A stretch of DNA of 64,000 nucleotides from the human T2T-CHM13v2.0 reference genome, Homo sapiens: NCBI RefSeq assembly GCF_009914755.1, contig NC_060932.1; one strand, given 5' to 3'. A program made the position numbers and the translations under genes. The notes under the pieces are model-generated. The model did not search any database. It saw only the letters and a program-made list of their open reading frames with translations, and was not told where the DNA came from. Within the stretch, counting starts at the first letter, position 1. Each line of letters starts with the position of its first letter. This document shows positions 13,331 to 26,700 of this stretch, piece after piece.

Positions 13331-15734
13331 CTGGCCTGAGGCATGTAGCTAAGGTATAATAGAAGCAAGATTAACCTGAAGATTGAAAGCCCTCCTCACT
13401 CCTTATCTAACTATAGTAAACATGCAATAAATGTGAATGCTTGTAAAAGGCCTAGAATGCTGCCTGGCACATAGTCACTCAGTATCCTTGTTGGCCAAAC
13501 GATGGCAATCATGAGGACCTCCTGGAGCTGTGAGGAACAAATGATTTCAGCCAAGTGCCTTGCCCAAGGACACACGACTAATAGGTGGCAGTCTTGGATT
13601 GCTGCACAACTACGGTGCTGACCTCCTTCCGAAAATGCTGCAGGCACGCATGCACACACACTCAGACACACGTATACGCTCAACAGGCACACTCAGACAT
13701 GTACATACGCAGCCCAGAGGCCCGGCTCTCCCAGGCCCTCCCTTACATAACAGCAACCTGAGGTGTCTCCAAGTCTGCAGAGCAGAGTGGAAAAACCCAG
13801 GCTGCGCGAGGCTCACCAGCTCAGCCCAGCTGCTCTCGGTCTGTGCAGCCTCAGTACCTTGTGTCCTGGTCTCCCATCCTAGACAACCAACACCACACAG
13901 GGCCTTCCCCCGAGGCCTGCTGCGAGCGTGAAGACGACGACACACAAAGCAAGGGGAATGGCCTCCCTAAAGGCGGGGGCCTCTGCCTGGAGCCTGCAGC
14001 CTTTCAATCTGCCCTTTGGTTCCCCAGAAGCCCTGTAACTATTGGCATCGAGCCTGTCCCAAGCATCCACTTATTGTTTCTTCTGCTCTCCGCCCCAGGG
14101 CATTTGTGCCTGCCGCATACAGGCCTTATATATACCAGCAGTCCTCCTGGCATACCACACCTCGCCTGCTGGTTCACTCCCATGTCCCTCAACCCAGGGC
14201 TGGGACAGCTTAGCACGGTGGACTCATGGGCCTGAGTCAAGGAGCCCCTACTACTTGGTTTCCTTAGGCTGTTGGGTCTCAAGTTTAAATGGCTTCAGGG
14301 ACCAGGTAAGTGCCACTCATGGGGAAGGTGATTCCCTGATGAAGAGGAGATCCTGTGCCCACCTAAGGGGGCAGCCAACAAGCAGCTCCAGTTACTGGCT
14401 TGAGGGAATATGGCTCAGGGAGGCCTAACCTACCCCTCATGGGAAAGGCAGGCATCCAGATGCACCTGTGGGTGGGCCATGGTGCCCCACAGCCTCCCTA
14501 GCCTCTTGTCTGCCCTCCCAATCCACCTTTCCTGGAGCCCCCACTGCCCTCAATCCGCAGGTCCACTGGTGCTGGCCCTGCAGGATGGCACCATCCTGAG
14601 ATGCCCCCAAGCGCTCACCTCTTTTCAGGAGCCCCTTTTATGGAAGCTGCCTGGATTCTCCATGAGGGCAGGGCCAGCTCTGCCCTGCTGGGATGGACTG
14701 TCCTGCCCAGAGCAGCAGGAGAGCCTTGAGGATGGCTCAGACCCCAATTTGTCTCCAGGTCCCCAGGGCCAGGCCTGGCACTTAGTAGGTAACCGTTCCC
14801 CAAACAGCTAGACATGGGAGGCTCGCACGGGTGCCTCCTCCCGAGATCATTTACCCTTGATTGAAACTGAGGGGAAGGGGAATCCTTGGCTTGAGGGGAG
14901 CAGGAGGAAGACAACAGCCATCAGCCGAGGCCTGCCCTGAGAGCCTCCGTGAGGGGACAAGGCCCCTCCTTGGGTGTTTTACAAAGAGCTTCTGGGACTT
15001 CATCTGAAGGGTGTTGCCTGGGTGATGAGCGGGCGGGGGCAGCCACCTCCACAGCTGTGGTGCGAGGCGTCTAGGGCCAGCATCAGTGGATTCTCACAGA
15101 TCACCATCTGGGTCGTTCCCCTGCTGCATGAGGACCCCTGAAGGGTAAGGTGAGCAGCCAGCCGGGAGCAGGAGCAGGCAGTCCTGTCAGAGAACATTCT
15201 AGAGCCTGTTTTACTGCCATGCATAGCTCCGCTGCCTGGTACATAGTAGCTCCACATCAAAAATTGTTTAAACAAATAAATGAGCAAACAGAAGAGCACA
15301 ACCAATGTTAGGGTGCCAGGCACTGTTCTAAACAGCAGAGTAACTGTAGGAGGTTCAGGTACTATCCCGTATCATCAACAAGAAAACGGAGGCCCGAGTG
15401 TCTGCGTTGCTAGGGCAGAGTCAGATTTTCTACATGTGACATAGCAGCGTTGCTCACTGTCCCCTGAGGAGAGCCTAGCCCTGCCCCAAAGGGCCAGCGG
15501 AGGGGACCAGGGCCGGAAGGAGGACAGGGACACTTTTATGGTCATAATTACTCTGAAATAACAGGGAAGACCCGGGTCCTGGTGAGCCCACCTCATGTAT
15601 CAGCTATTTGACCTTGGGCAAGTCACCTAACCTTGCAGAGAGTGAGAGACCTAAACACAAAACCAGAAAAGAAATGGAAAAAGCCTGCTGCTATAAGCCT
15701 GATTAATTTATCTCCTGGACTCCCAGCCACCTGT

Positions 15735-16090
15735 CTTTATTTTCTACTTTTTAGATTTTTCTATTTTGTAATTTGCTGATCATAGGAATAATACTTGCTC
15801 ACTGAAGAGAATCACAAAAGAAAGCTAAAGAAGCAGGGGAAAAAAAATCACCCACAACCCCCCCACTCAGGAGGCAGTCTGGAAGCATCTTACATTCCCT
15901 GCTAGTCCTTTTCCTGAATACCTCTCCTCTATGGCTGAGAGGAGGTGGTATAGAAGTAATAACAGAGCCTGCTTTTTTTCTACTTATCAGAAAATGTGTG
16001 TGCTATCATATTGCCAATAAAAATTCTTCATAAACATTTTTAATTCCTCATAAGCTTCAAGTAGATGTGGCATGTCTTCACCTTAACAGG
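15735..16090 (-). mobile_element. Old L1ME/MC 3' fragment
   Basis: aataatacttgctcactg...aaaaatcacccacaacccccccactcag...cctgctttttttctactta, typical of reverse-strand L1ME 3' ends. Confidence 0.5.
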
Positions 16091-16719
16091 CTAAATAGGG
16101 AATCTGTTAGACCCCCGTTTATGTTTTAGCCAAAAGCACACTGTTTCTGGCCCCTGGAATTCTGTTCATTCCATGTACAAAGACCAGAAACCAATATGGT
16201 GGCCAGGATTTGGGCTGGGCATTGCAGGAGTTTCAAAAATGAAGACCAGCCTTTATTGGCCCAGCACCAATGATATTCTTCTTCTCATGTCATGCCCAAC
16301 TGCTAGAGATGATGGCTGTCATTCTCCTGGATGAAGGAATGCTCAGAGAGGCTAAGTACCCTGTCACAGTTCACGCAGTTCTCAAGTGGTGACACTGAGA
16401 TGCCCGCCCTCTTCTCTGACCCCCAGCACCTCAGCTGTTCTCACGCTGGTGTGTTGATGGTCATGGCCAGGCTGGGATGAATGGGACCTGCCAGTCCCCA
16501 TACCCCGGCCCCCTGCCAAGGATAGAGTCACTCCTTAAGCCATTTGCCTGTCCAGATGCAGAACCTCTTTTCCCTTCCCTATGGCCCTTTCCTTTCAGCA
16601 GAGGTAGACTCAGCTCCTGCTGCTGACCCAATGCTAAAAGTGCTTTCTGAGGTCACAAAACTTTAGCCAACTTCCAGAAGAAAACTTTAGCCAACTTCCA
16701 GAAGGGCAGAGCGAGGACC

Positions 16720-17560
16720 CCCAGGAACTCAACTCTTCCAGAAAAGCAATGAGAACACTGGCAAAACCATCAAATCAACTTTTTTGAATTCTGGAAGTTA
16801 GCTGAAGTCTTGTAACAACTGGAAAAGTGTTTACGTAAGAAAAATGACTAAATTTCAGGAAGAAAAGAAAGGTTTATGGCATTTGAACCTGCCCTTGTCC
16901 TATCTCCCTGCCTCAGCTCCAAGGTGACCTGGAACACCCATAGCACAGCAATCACAATAGCTGTGAAAACAGCATCCTGGTGGCCATGGAAGGGTCACTC
17001 CTGTCTGGAAGCTCTGTCCCCAGAGCTCATTCAGTGAGAGGGCAGTATTTGTTGAAAACAATCAAAGGCAATGTTTTAACACAGCAGCTGTCCAAAGTAC
17101 ATGACCACTTAGGTCTAACAAGAGGCTGACCAAAAGACAAAAAGGAAAAATGGGAATAGGAGATTCAAAGGAGGCTTTGGAAAGCTACAACATACTCCCG
17201 GGAGCCTAAAAGGCTGTGTGCATGTACAAGGCATGTGCACTTGACATGGCCCCAACATCTCACCTCCAGCTGACCTTGAGACTGTGCCCAAGCAGGAAGG
17301 GAAGGTGAAGACAGAATCATGACCTGCATGTCGGAGTGCTGACCGCATACCCCAACACACATAGGCTTCCTTGGCAGAGACCGCAAGGCATTTAAGGACA
17401 TCTGTCCAGTCATCAGCCAACTACTAAGGTGACCAAGTGCCATAAGGATGTTCAAAGCACTAAAAGAACCATGTCTGATGAATTAAAGGAAAGTGTGAGA
17501 CCAATGGCTCACCAAAGAGTAAGTGTAAACAGATAGAAATTTAAAAAATAAAAAGAGGAA
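16720..17560 (+). mobile_element. L1M (L1MC/MD-like) 5' UTR and start of ORF1
   Basis: aaaagcaatgagaacactggcaaaa..caaatcaactttttt; aatcacaatagctgtgaaaacagca; ggaggctttggaaagctacaacatactcccggg. Confidence 0.7.
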
Positions 17561-17564
17561 GAAG

Positions 17565-17855
17565 AGAATCTTGCTCTTTGTGACTAAATAGATAAACCTG
17601 GAAGAAATTATGCTAAGTGCAATCAGCCAGAGACAGACAAATACTAAATGACGTCATCTAAAACAGTCAAACTCATGGAAGCAGAGAATAGTGGTTAATA
17701 AAGGGCAGGGAAACAGGGAGGTCACAGTCTAAAGATACAAAGTTTGTTATGCAAAAAACCTTCTGGAGATCTGTTATATAGCACAGTGCTTACAGCTAGC
17801 AATACTGTATTGAATACTTAAAGTTTGCTAAAAGGATAGATCTTAAGTATTCCTA

Positions 17856-17908
<53 letters not shown>

Positions 17909-17965
17909 AATAGTAAGGGGAGTGGGAGGAAACTTCAGGAGGTGATGAATATGTCTAAGGCCTGA
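17565..17965 (+). mobile_element. L1MB-type 3' end
   Basis: aacctggaagaaattatgctaagtg...ttctggagatctgttatatagcacagtg...gggaggaaacttcaggaggtgatg. Confidence 0.75.
17861..17906. repeat. (CA)23 microsatellite
   Basis: Perfect CA run. Confidence 0.98.
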
Positions 17966-18279
17966 ACCCAGCAGCAGACCTCACCCCTGGGCACTCCCCA
18001 CACTTCCCTGGGCCACTGATGCCTCCTCCATGCCCCTCTTCCCATCCCAGCCTTGGCCAGACAGAGGGAGAATGTGAGGAAGCTGTGCTAGTACCAACAC
18101 ATGTGCAGGTCAAACATATTCCCTGAGCTCACTGAGCACTCACTGCTGTGACCTCCATGGGTTTGTGTCCTCATCTGTGGAATAAGAGAACAGGAAGTAT
18201 GTTAGACCACATCCCCATACCGTTAGCTGGAATCTCTCTAACAAGCAGACAAGGCAGAACGAGGGAAGACATCAAGCTC

Positions 18280-18532
18280 CTTATTCATCCTTCAAAACTC
18301 AACCCAAATGTCCCCATCTCCAGGAACGTGGGAAGACATGACATGGATAAGTTGCTCCTCACCTGTACGTCCCCGTTTATTTCATATTTACAGACATGAA
18401 AACAAACAGCTGCAGATGATGAGACCACACAGGTCATGAATTACCAAGCCTATGTCAATCAGAATTCCCAATGACCAGCAAAGGATCTGGCACCCAGCAG
18501 GTGCCAAATACAGGTGACTATATGAATGAACA
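18280..18532 (+). mobile_element. L2 3' fragment
   Basis: tcatccttcaaaactcaacccaaatgtc...tctggcacccagcaggtgcc...tgaatgaa tail. Confidence 0.5.
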
Positions 18533-19329
18533 GGAGCTACGGAAGACTTGGTGGGGGAGCCATTCTTCCAGAATATTTGTCTGGCCATGATTAGGCCATG
18601 CCTTCACTGTTCAACACCTTCCATGGTTGCATTCAACTCAAACCAGAGCAGGAAACAGGGCTGGTGAGGAGAGGGGCACACGGGCTACTGCAGGACCAGA
18701 AGCAGGGAGCTTCGCTGGGTCCCTTTGACTTTCCCTGAGCCAAGTGCCAGCTGCTTTGTCTGGGGATAGTCCCTACCAGCCTCCCTGGGTGCCTCTAATC
18801 TAGGGCACCTGCACCCACCTCAGGCTCTGGGGCCGGGCAAAGTCCCAGCTGGGAGAGCAGTTTTCCTTACAAATCAGCTGGCTCAGCACCCGCTGTGGGA
18901 TGGCTTCCCTGGGAGTCCCCAGGTTCCCCGGCCCAAACACATGATACATAGAGGCATCATCCGCTCTGCCTGTTTAATTAGCTGAGAACGCAGGAGGCCT
19001 GGAGCGAGTCCACCAGCTCTCTCTGGTGAGTTGCCCCTTTCTCCCATTCACCAGTCCAACTCCTGCTGGGCCTCCAGCATCAGCCTCCAACTGATCCCCA
19101 TTCTCGTGCCTTTTTCCTACCCATGTCCCTCATCCCACCCTCCCCCAGGCCCACACCGCCAGGCCGTAGCCAACCCCTGTGCCCCTCACTGCTACCTGCC
19201 ACAGTCACTCCTGCGCCGCCCCTTCCTGCAGTCTCTGCCACCTCTGACAGATTCTGGACAAAACCTGAGCTTTGGAGCCTAGGAGCCAGCTGTGCCACCT
19301 TCCTCATCCATAAAGCATCAGCTGTTACC

Positions 19330-19485
19330 ACTCACCGAGCACTCGCTCTGTGAAACAGCCCATTGATGCTCACCAGAATCCCCTGGGACAGTCCCAGCAT
19401 CATCCCCATTTTGCAGAAGTGGAAATGGAGGCATGGAAGGTGGAGACCACTAGCAAGTAGTGACGCCAAGATGTGGCCCCGGGTG
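19330..19485 (-). mobile_element. MIR fragment
   Basis: catcatccccattttgcagaagtggaaatggaggc core. Confidence 0.6.
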
Positions 19486-20799
19486 CTCTGCCTGCATCTG
19501 CTCATTTTGCAAGTGTGCCTGGCACGCTGTCTGGCGGGGAGTAGTGACCAACACAGGGTAGCTCTCTCCCTTCTCTGTCCCAAAGCACCCGTGGAGACTC
19601 AGGCCCACAGCTGGAGAAAGTCCCCTGAGCCAAGGAACTGATGAAGGACAAGGACTGGGGTGCAAAGCCATTTGCCCTGCAGTAGCCATGGCTCCCCAGC
19701 CCAGCGCTGGGGGTCTGGAGTCTGGGCTTGGCATGTGACGAAGGGGCAGACCCACATGTGACACAAGAAAAGGCTCAAAAAGCACATTCGTGTCAGGACT
19801 TGCAGCCTCCTGCTGCTTCTGAAGCCCAGTCTCTGGGTGACAAGACCCCAGCTTCCCTAAAGTGTCAGACTTCATGGCAGGGACCAGGCTGAGGCCCCCA
19901 GAACAACCTCCCCAGCCTGCCCACGTGCTAACTGCAGGGGCATGCGCCAGCCCTAGGAAGACCAGCACCACTACACAGCTGGCCCTTAACCTCTCTGGGC
20001 TCAGGGCCTGCCTCTGCAAGATGCGCTAAGGACCCTAGCTCTGCCCCATCATGGAGATGTCATCCATGTCATCCACTGTGAAGGCCAGGGCCCAGTGACA
20101 GTGGGGGCCTGCCTGGTTCCCATACTAGCCTCCATCCACTTCCTGCCAAGCAGCCCTGGCGAGCCAATACCTGCTTCATACCACACCCAACCCTGGCTCA
20201 TCCCTGACCTCCCAGGCCAGGCTCGGATAGATCTTGGGCCTCCTGGGCTCAGGGCCCTCTCCATCCCCAGCCAAAATGCCCTGTCTCTACCCCAGGCACC
20301 ATGCTAAGCTCTGTGAGGTTCTGAGGCCGTGATGCATGCGACCTTCCCATCTGTAAAGCATCCCAGCTCTGGCACATCAGCGGCAGGGCTTGTGACTAGA
20401 ATCCTGGTCTGCCACCAGACTTACCTGCCTCTCATCCTACCCCAAAATACCTCCTGAGCCCCTGACGCACTGTACATCTCCCATTCCAAGGATGAACCAA
20501 GTTGAGTAAGGCTGCTGGGATGTGGATGTGCTGGTCCCACAGCCTGCGACACCCCACACTACTTTCTTCAAGAGAACAGCCCTGGGGTCCTCCCCTAGCC
20601 ACCCTAGATTGGGTTGGGGTCCTCGCTGGGCTCCACAGCCCCCCTGCTCATTAGCATCAGAACACCTAGCATGGAGCACTGTACTTTCTTTGATGTGTCC
20701 CAGTCACATACCCGCGCCCCAAGCCACCAGGGCCTGTGCATCCTATAACCACAACCCCTCTTGCCCTGTGGGGCTGGCCAAGGACAACCCTGGACGGGA

Positions 20800-21142
20800 C
20801 TCCTGAAACCTTGGCAGCTCTGAGTGAAATTCAGGAGGGTCCAAGAACCTGGATGGGGAAAATCCCACCATCTTCATTTCTACCGCCCTCTGGCTGAAAT
20901 TTAGCATTTCTTGTTGCTGCGTCATCCACAGAAACAAGCTGTATTTTCATGCCACGTTCTGCGGTTGCAGACGTCTTGAGCATTGCAGACGTGCACCGTC
21001 ACTCGGAGCTCACTGGAGGTGCCAGGCCCACCGGTAGCTCTCATTATTGAATGCATCAGTCAGGAAGCATATTTATCGCTGAATCACAGGTTTTTAAGAA
21101 TTATTTTCATATGTGTGTTTCAGTTTTATTGGTTTCTTAGGA
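20800..21142 (+). mobile_element. hAT-Charlie-like DNA transposon fragment
   Basis: aattcaggagggtccaagaacctggatggggaaaa...ctctggctgaaatttagcatttc...tattttcatgccac...gttgcagac...attggtttc is collinear with a remembered Charlie consensus. Confidence 0.55.
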
Positions 21143-24100
21143 CCAAATGAGATGACCAGGGAATCGCCCTGCCCAGGGCCTGGCAGCAAGAAGCGGTCTG
21201 GCACGAGGAGGTGAGGCAGGTTCACTATCCTCTCCATCCCTGAGGCTCTGACCAGGGTGCCTTCCAGTGGGTCCAGACGCCCAGGGACCTGTACTTTTGG
21301 GGGTAGCGGTGTGTGCTGTGGTGAGAACCCTGGGCCCGGACCCTGCAGGAACAGCTCATTCATACCTTGCAGCTGCACCCAGCACCCACTCTCAGGGTGC
21401 CCTCACCGCATGGGGCTGCTGTCTGTGGGGCTCCCATCCTGCCCTCCTAAAAGTCATCCCAGCGCTCTCCCGCCTGCAGCCAAGAGCCCACCCTGGCAGG
21501 ACATAGGGCTCAGCCCAGACAATCAAGCCAGCACAGATGACTAGAGGGACCTGGGGCCCTGGGTCCTGGCACTCCTTAGCAGTCCTGAGCCCCCTGAAAT
21601 GGGCATCATGACCATTGCTGTTTTGGAGGTGGAACAGGGTGGACAGCGTCGATGACCGGAGCCTGCTGTCACATGCCCAGCAAAGGTGTGGCACACGGTG
21701 GGCCTCTCCAGAAGCTGGTGGCCTCCCGCTCTGCCCCAGCGCTCTGGCCTGCCCCCCCGCACTTTCTGCTACACACCCAATTTCCAGGATACCTCGCTGC
21801 CACCTCTTCACTGACTGCGCTGAGCCTCCTCTCCCTAGGAGCCCTTGTCCCTGCCGTGCCCGCTACATGGCTGCCCTCCTGGGGGAGGACCAGCTGACTT
21901 TCCCTGGTGAGTCCAATGCAACTGCCCTGACACTGCAGCAGTGTGGCTGAGGACTGGGCCACACTGGTGTCCAGCAGGAGACAGAGTGAGCACTCAGGGA
22001 GTAGTCACTGGAAGGGCTGCCTGGCTGGCAGAGCTCAGCTTCTGTGATGCACAGGCCTCCTCTCAGGCTCTGCCATACAGATGTCCACCTCAGCTCAGGA
22101 AGAGGAGCCAGCCAGCCATAGCCCGGTGAGGTAGGGAGCTCCCCATGACTGGGAGTATGCAAGCTAGGGACAGATGCATACTCATCCAAGATAGTCTAGA
22201 ACAGATTTCTGCATCAGAGAAGGGACTTTGAAGTGTCCTCCTGTTAGCCACTTCAGCCACTCCTATAATCCCAAGTTACATGTGTGACACAGGGGCAGCG
22301 CTTCCCCCACCTAAAATTATAAAGCAACTAAATTTCATTCCCCACCAAGAGCAGCCTGTGCGAATGTAGTGGCTCCTTCGAAGACAACTGCTGAGACTTG
22401 GGAGAGGTGAAGAACATGGCTGGGACCAGAGGTCGTTGCACGAAGACGATTCTACCCCTACAGAAAAACTTGGAAATGGCACCAAAGCAATAAAATTAAA
22501 AACTTAAATTCACTCGTTTGTTCAAACAAAAACAATCCACAATTTTAATGAGCTCAAAAGCAATAAATGCATGCTTTACAAAAAATGTCAAGCCTTCCCA
22601 CACATCCTGCTTCTGCCTGGCAAGGGGACAGTCCCTGGAGGCTGCCCGCAGGAAGTCATCCTGAAACCCCCGAGTCAAAATAGGACGCACTGCCCTGGAA
22701 GGCTCCTCCTCCCACACCTGGCCGGGCACACCCAGGCAAAGAGCACAGATGCAGGGATTCAGTGGGGAGCAGCCACTTCCACTGCAGCTTCTCCTGAGAC
22801 CTGCACCCAGTCCTGGGGAAGGAGCCGTGGATGGGCCCTCCAGCCCCCACAGGGCCTGCTCAGGTCAGGGCAGGAGGGGACAGTACTGTTTGTGTGGCTC
22901 CATCTAAAGCAAATTCTGGAAGAGGGGATGCCAGGGAGAGTGGCGGCCCCCATGGGGAACCTGAGCAGCAGGGGGTGTTTTTGTTGCATCTGCTCAGGAA
23001 ACCCCAGGAAGCATAGCTGTTGGCAGAACAAGATTGGGGTAGGTGGCCAAGGAAAAGAACTCGTGTCCTATGGTCAGATAGCTCCTGTCCCCTGCCACGC
23101 TCAGGACCCCTCCCTCCACCGAGGCCCAGCCTCTGCATCTGATAAGGCAGTGCCCCAAGACCCATGAGCCCCTGTGGTCCCCCTGCCTGACCCCCTTGGC
23201 CAGGCAAGGAATAAACCAGCCTGCAAAGGACGTGGGCTTCCTCATGGGCCAAGTGGGATTCTCACTCCCCTGTTCCATTCCCATCACTGCCCCACAAAGC
23301 AGGGGCTGCACACCAGCACCAGGCTCAGTCACAGCCTAAAACCCAAAAGGCCAGTGAGCCAGGTCCCCTCTGAACAGCCCCCACCATTGGTCTCCACCCT
23401 CTGCTGGCCGCGACCCCCGCCTGTCTGGATCTCCAAGCCATTTCTATTCCCCAACGTCCTTCACCCGGACTGGGGGGTTCCAGGTGGCTCCCCGGAGGAA
23501 ATGACATCAAACCTCCCTCTCCCTTCAGGACTCAGCTGCAGCAAGACCAACCCCAGGGGTCCCAGGACTCACTGGGGAAGGGGCTGCAGGGACTGAGGGA
23601 CACAGGAGCGTTCCGGATCCTGAAGATTTCCCTCCTGGGCCAAGGTCACCGTGCACAGGCCAAGGGGCGGGCCTAGGGCTTGGCACTGGGTCAACAGCTA
23701 CAGCCATGATGCCGGCCCTCAGCAGGGCACAGGTGTCCCCTGGCAGCTGTCACCTGGACAAGCCCATGGCTTCCCATCCTATGGCTCAAGTCTAACCACG
23801 CTGCTGGCAGCCCCCACCCCACCCCTGAGATGCATGGGGGTCTCAGGGGCCTCTGCTTACTCCAGTCTGTGCCTGAAATTCCTCCCCAGGACCCCTGGCC
23901 AAAGCCTCTTCCCTCATCTACAAGCCCTGGTTCAACCGCCGCCACCTTCAGGTAGGCCCGCAGGTTCAGCTGAGCCACAGCCCCCAGCCCCCTTCCTCTG
24001 CACCATGGAAGGGAGTCGAGGGGGCTCTTCCCACACCTGCCCTGGAATCCAGCTCTCTGGTCCCGGGGTGGTGTCTGCCTAGATCCGGGCCCCATGAAGG

Positions 24101-24459
24101 CGGTGATTGTGGTCCCCACCTCTGCCACGATACCCACAGTCAGGAACTGGTAGCTGTTGCTGAAATAACTATAACTCTGGTTTGATTACTGTGCTAGGAA
24201 GGGCCAGACTCAAGCCCATTGCAGGAAGGGCTTTCCAGGCACTGTGGGATGTAGGTGCCATTATTGTCCCCATCATCCCTGTCCAACTGATGTGGAAAGA
24301 ACCAGTGTCCGCAGCTTGTAGGAGGCAGTGTGGACATCCAAACACAGACAGGCTGAACCTGACCCAGAGCAAGAAATGTCCTTAGCATCCTGTCTCGGCA
24401 GCCATGGATATTCAACCAACGTCCTCAGAACATTTCTCCTTCCAGCGGGCTCCCATTTT

Positions 24460-24580
24460 TCCTCTTCTATTATCTGATTCCATTCTGTTCTGTTTCATTT
24501 TTTAATATTCTAGCTGTGACCCACTAACTTGATTTCATGACCCATTAATGGATCACAGCCCACGGCTGAAACCATATTCC
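24460..24580 (-). mobile_element. Charlie4-like hAT fragment
   Basis: tttcattttttaa...tgtgacccactaacttgatttcatgacccattaatggatcacagccc. Confidence 0.55.
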
Positions 24581-26469
24581 AGGGTAGGGTTTTTCAGCCA
24601 GAGGTGGTTCAGGGTGGGCTCCCGCTGCATAGGCTGGGAACACTGAGTGGGTTCTGAGGCTCAGATTCACACCCTAAGGTGGGTGTCACTTCTTCCAATT
24701 CAGAGATGAGGAAAGTGAGGTTCTAGGAGCCCACGCGGTGGACCTGGGTAGCACAGGTGGTTTTGCAACCAGGGCCACTCAGGAGCATGGGACCAGACCA
24801 GACAGCCTGCTCCCTGGGGTGCTCCTGCCCTGTCCCCCCCCCCCCAGAGCCTCCCACTGCCCTCTGGCTGCTACAATCCCAGCATGCCTTGCAGCAGTGC
24901 CCACTCAGGCACTGACCGGGCTTCAGGGCCACCTCCGCTGGGCCCCGGCACTGCCAGCGCACCTCTGCCAAGAGCCCTGCCTCCCCCGCGGAGCTGTCCA
25001 CCCCCTGTTCCAGAGGCTGCTGCCATCTCTGATCTATTTGTGCCTCCCCCCACATCCCCGCCCACAGTGCAGACAGACATGGGCTAGCCAACCAAGCCCC
25101 CAGGAGGTTAGCACCAGGTGCGAGGCGGCTGCAGAAGCCCTAGGCTGGTGTCAGACCCACGCACGGGGTGGCTTCCCTCCCGCACCGTGTAGGCTTTTGT
25201 TGTCCCAGAATTAACAAAGAGAGTGCAAGCCATAGACCACAGCCCCTTGTGGCAGGGGCACCCACCAAGTGCTCCAGAGTCCAGAGTGGAGCACTGGGAG
25301 GCATTCTCCAGGTGCTGTGGGCCCGAGGAAGACCCAGGGCACCTCATCATCTCGGGGCCCCAGCAGCCCCACCTGCAAGAAGGGGTCAGGATCCCTTCAC
25401 CTTCTAAAGGCTCAGACCGGCCCAGGGAGCCCAAGGCCCACTAGACTCAAGGATTCAGTTCTAGACGGCAGAGGCTGCCCACCCATGCCTGCCCATGCCC
25501 ACCTGCCCTCAGCATGGCCCAGGGAGGGGCCTTCAGGGTCCAGGTAGGGAGGAGAGGAAGTTGGCATAGTCAGGCAGTGGAAGAACTGGGACCTTCTCCA
25601 GCCCACGGCTTCCCTGTCTGTACATTGAGGCCGGTGCCACCTCCCCACAGGGCTGCAGAAAGGTCTACAAGACAAGGTGCTCTTGAAAACCCTGAGCCTG
25701 ACACAGGGCCCAGAGCAGGTGCTAGGTGACAGTCCCCTCCCTCCTGCCCATGCCCCACACTCTAGAGCCCTGCACCTGCCCCAGCAGCCTGGCATGGGCT
25801 TGTTTTGCAGAGAGCTTCAGCCAGAAGGCTCTCAAGGCACCTGGAGCCAATTAGCCATCCATCCTGAGCACCTGCCCCGTGCAAGGCCCCAAGCGGTGCA
25901 CAGGAGGAATCCACCATCGCCTGGCCCCTCCTCCTGCCTGCTCTCTGGCCTCCACCCAGAGGGCAGCAAGAGGGAGCTTCCCAAGCCTCAGACCAGACAC
26001 TGCCCTGCCTGTGCCAGAAGCCCAAACCCGAAGACTCTCCAACACTATTGAGACGGCACCCCACCTCCTTAGCCCAGTGCCCCACACCCATCCTGTTCTT
26101 ACCCTTTCCCAGCAAGCTCAGACACTCCCTGGGGATGATGGCAGCTTCCCCAGGGTCCGTGCTCTCTGGCTCCCTCACCCCATGACCAGTGGCTTGCTTT
26201 CCCAGAAGGCTCCTTGCCCCTCTACTTGTCAAGTTGGAACTGGATCCAGTGTTCAGAGACTGAACTAGATGTCACCTCCCCAGGAAGCCCTGCCTGTGAG
26301 CAGGAGCCACAAGGTCACACCCCTCAGGAAACACTGTGGGCACCACCCTTCTTTGGAGCTCATGGAACCACCTTCCTCTCCAACCAGCTGTGCGCTGGTT
26401 CCATTTTGCAAAGCCCAACACCAACAACGGACACATTGCCAAATTCCTTCATTTCTGAGTCTCTTCCAG

Positions 26470-26700
26470 TATCCCGTAGAGAAGACATGTGATCACGGGC
26501 AGATGACAGTCAGCTCCGTGGCTTCTGAACATTGATAAATAAGCAGAACAGAGATTCTAGCGGCCAGGTCAGCATGGAAGGAGGCCTCCAGGGGCAAGCC
26601 CCAGGGCTCTATCTTGGACTTGACCCGAGCAATACTTTTCATCAATGACTTGGAATAATGACCCAGAAGCAGTCTCTTACACAGTGCAGTGAGGTACAAC
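26470..26700 (+). mobile_element. L3/CR1 LINE reverse-transcriptase fossil
   Basis: 26575-26655 reads WKEASRGKPQGSILDLTRAILFINDLE, matching the CR1 RT motif W..VSSGVPQGSVLGP.LFNIFINDL. Confidence 0.75.
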
